64,000 bases of DNA from Eubacteriales bacterium (lineage in GTDB: Bacteria; Bacillota; Clostridia; Lachnospirales; Lachnospiraceae), in assembly GCA_030524135.1 (NCBI GenBank), contig JAUNHA010000006.1, forward strand, positions 2,087 to 66,086. The letters run 5' to 3'. Position 1 is the first letter of the stretch. Each line of letters opens with the position of its first letter. Positions 63,995 through 64,000 of the stretch are shown here, piece by piece. Made by a program: the position numbers and the translations under genes. The notes below the pieces were generated by a model. The model ran no database searches. It worked only from the letters and a program-made list of their open reading frames with translations, and was not told the origin of the DNA.

Positions 63995-64000
63995 ATCAAA

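Overview
This is a chromosomal segment from a Firmicute, Clostridia/Lachnospiraceae-like by gene content and protein sequences. Hand counts put the core at roughly 50 % GC.

1-33.7 kb is housekeeping core: a partial TPR protein, recR-ybaB-dnaX, pfkA, a cold-shock gene, tadA, a lysA-like decarboxylase, tatD, a long Bacillus-type SRP RNA, rsmA, metG, hsp20 behind a CIRCE operator, tRNA-Gln, a two-domain PPK2, prfB-secA, hpf and an amino-acid ABC transporter.

33.8-42.5 kb holds accessory redox, detoxification and efflux genes: two flavoproteins, two aldo/keto reductases, MATE and DUF2798-like proteins, and many LysR regulators.

42.6-64 kb is a mosaic, partly decayed accessory island. It contains:
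- an AAA ATPase preceded by six 23-bp iteron-like repeats;
- a stretch of gene remnants with a C12 tract;
- a macro-domain gene interrupted by an element that carries a large serine recombinase, two ParB-fold proteins, an orphan MazF-like toxin behind a GC-rich structured non-coding stretch, and an ImmR/ImmA module;
- an XRE / SNF2-N-lobe::unknown chimera / Schlafen-AlbA_2 ATPase cluster;
- a WYL regulator / small ABC-type ATPase / Fic cluster;
- a MATE pump with a 5'-truncated MarR.

The candidates I rate highest are:
1. the AT-rich 538-codon cassette fused in frame behind a helicase N-lobe (55495-57111);
2. the structured RNA-like region upstream of the antitoxin-less MazF (50520-50904);
3. 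the WYL-headed ATPase/Fic cluster;
4. an orphan promoter-terminator sRNA unit just downstream of hpf (31137-31346).

No CRISPR array, rRNA or reverse transcriptase was seen. All family assignments come from motif recognition by eye, not from searches.
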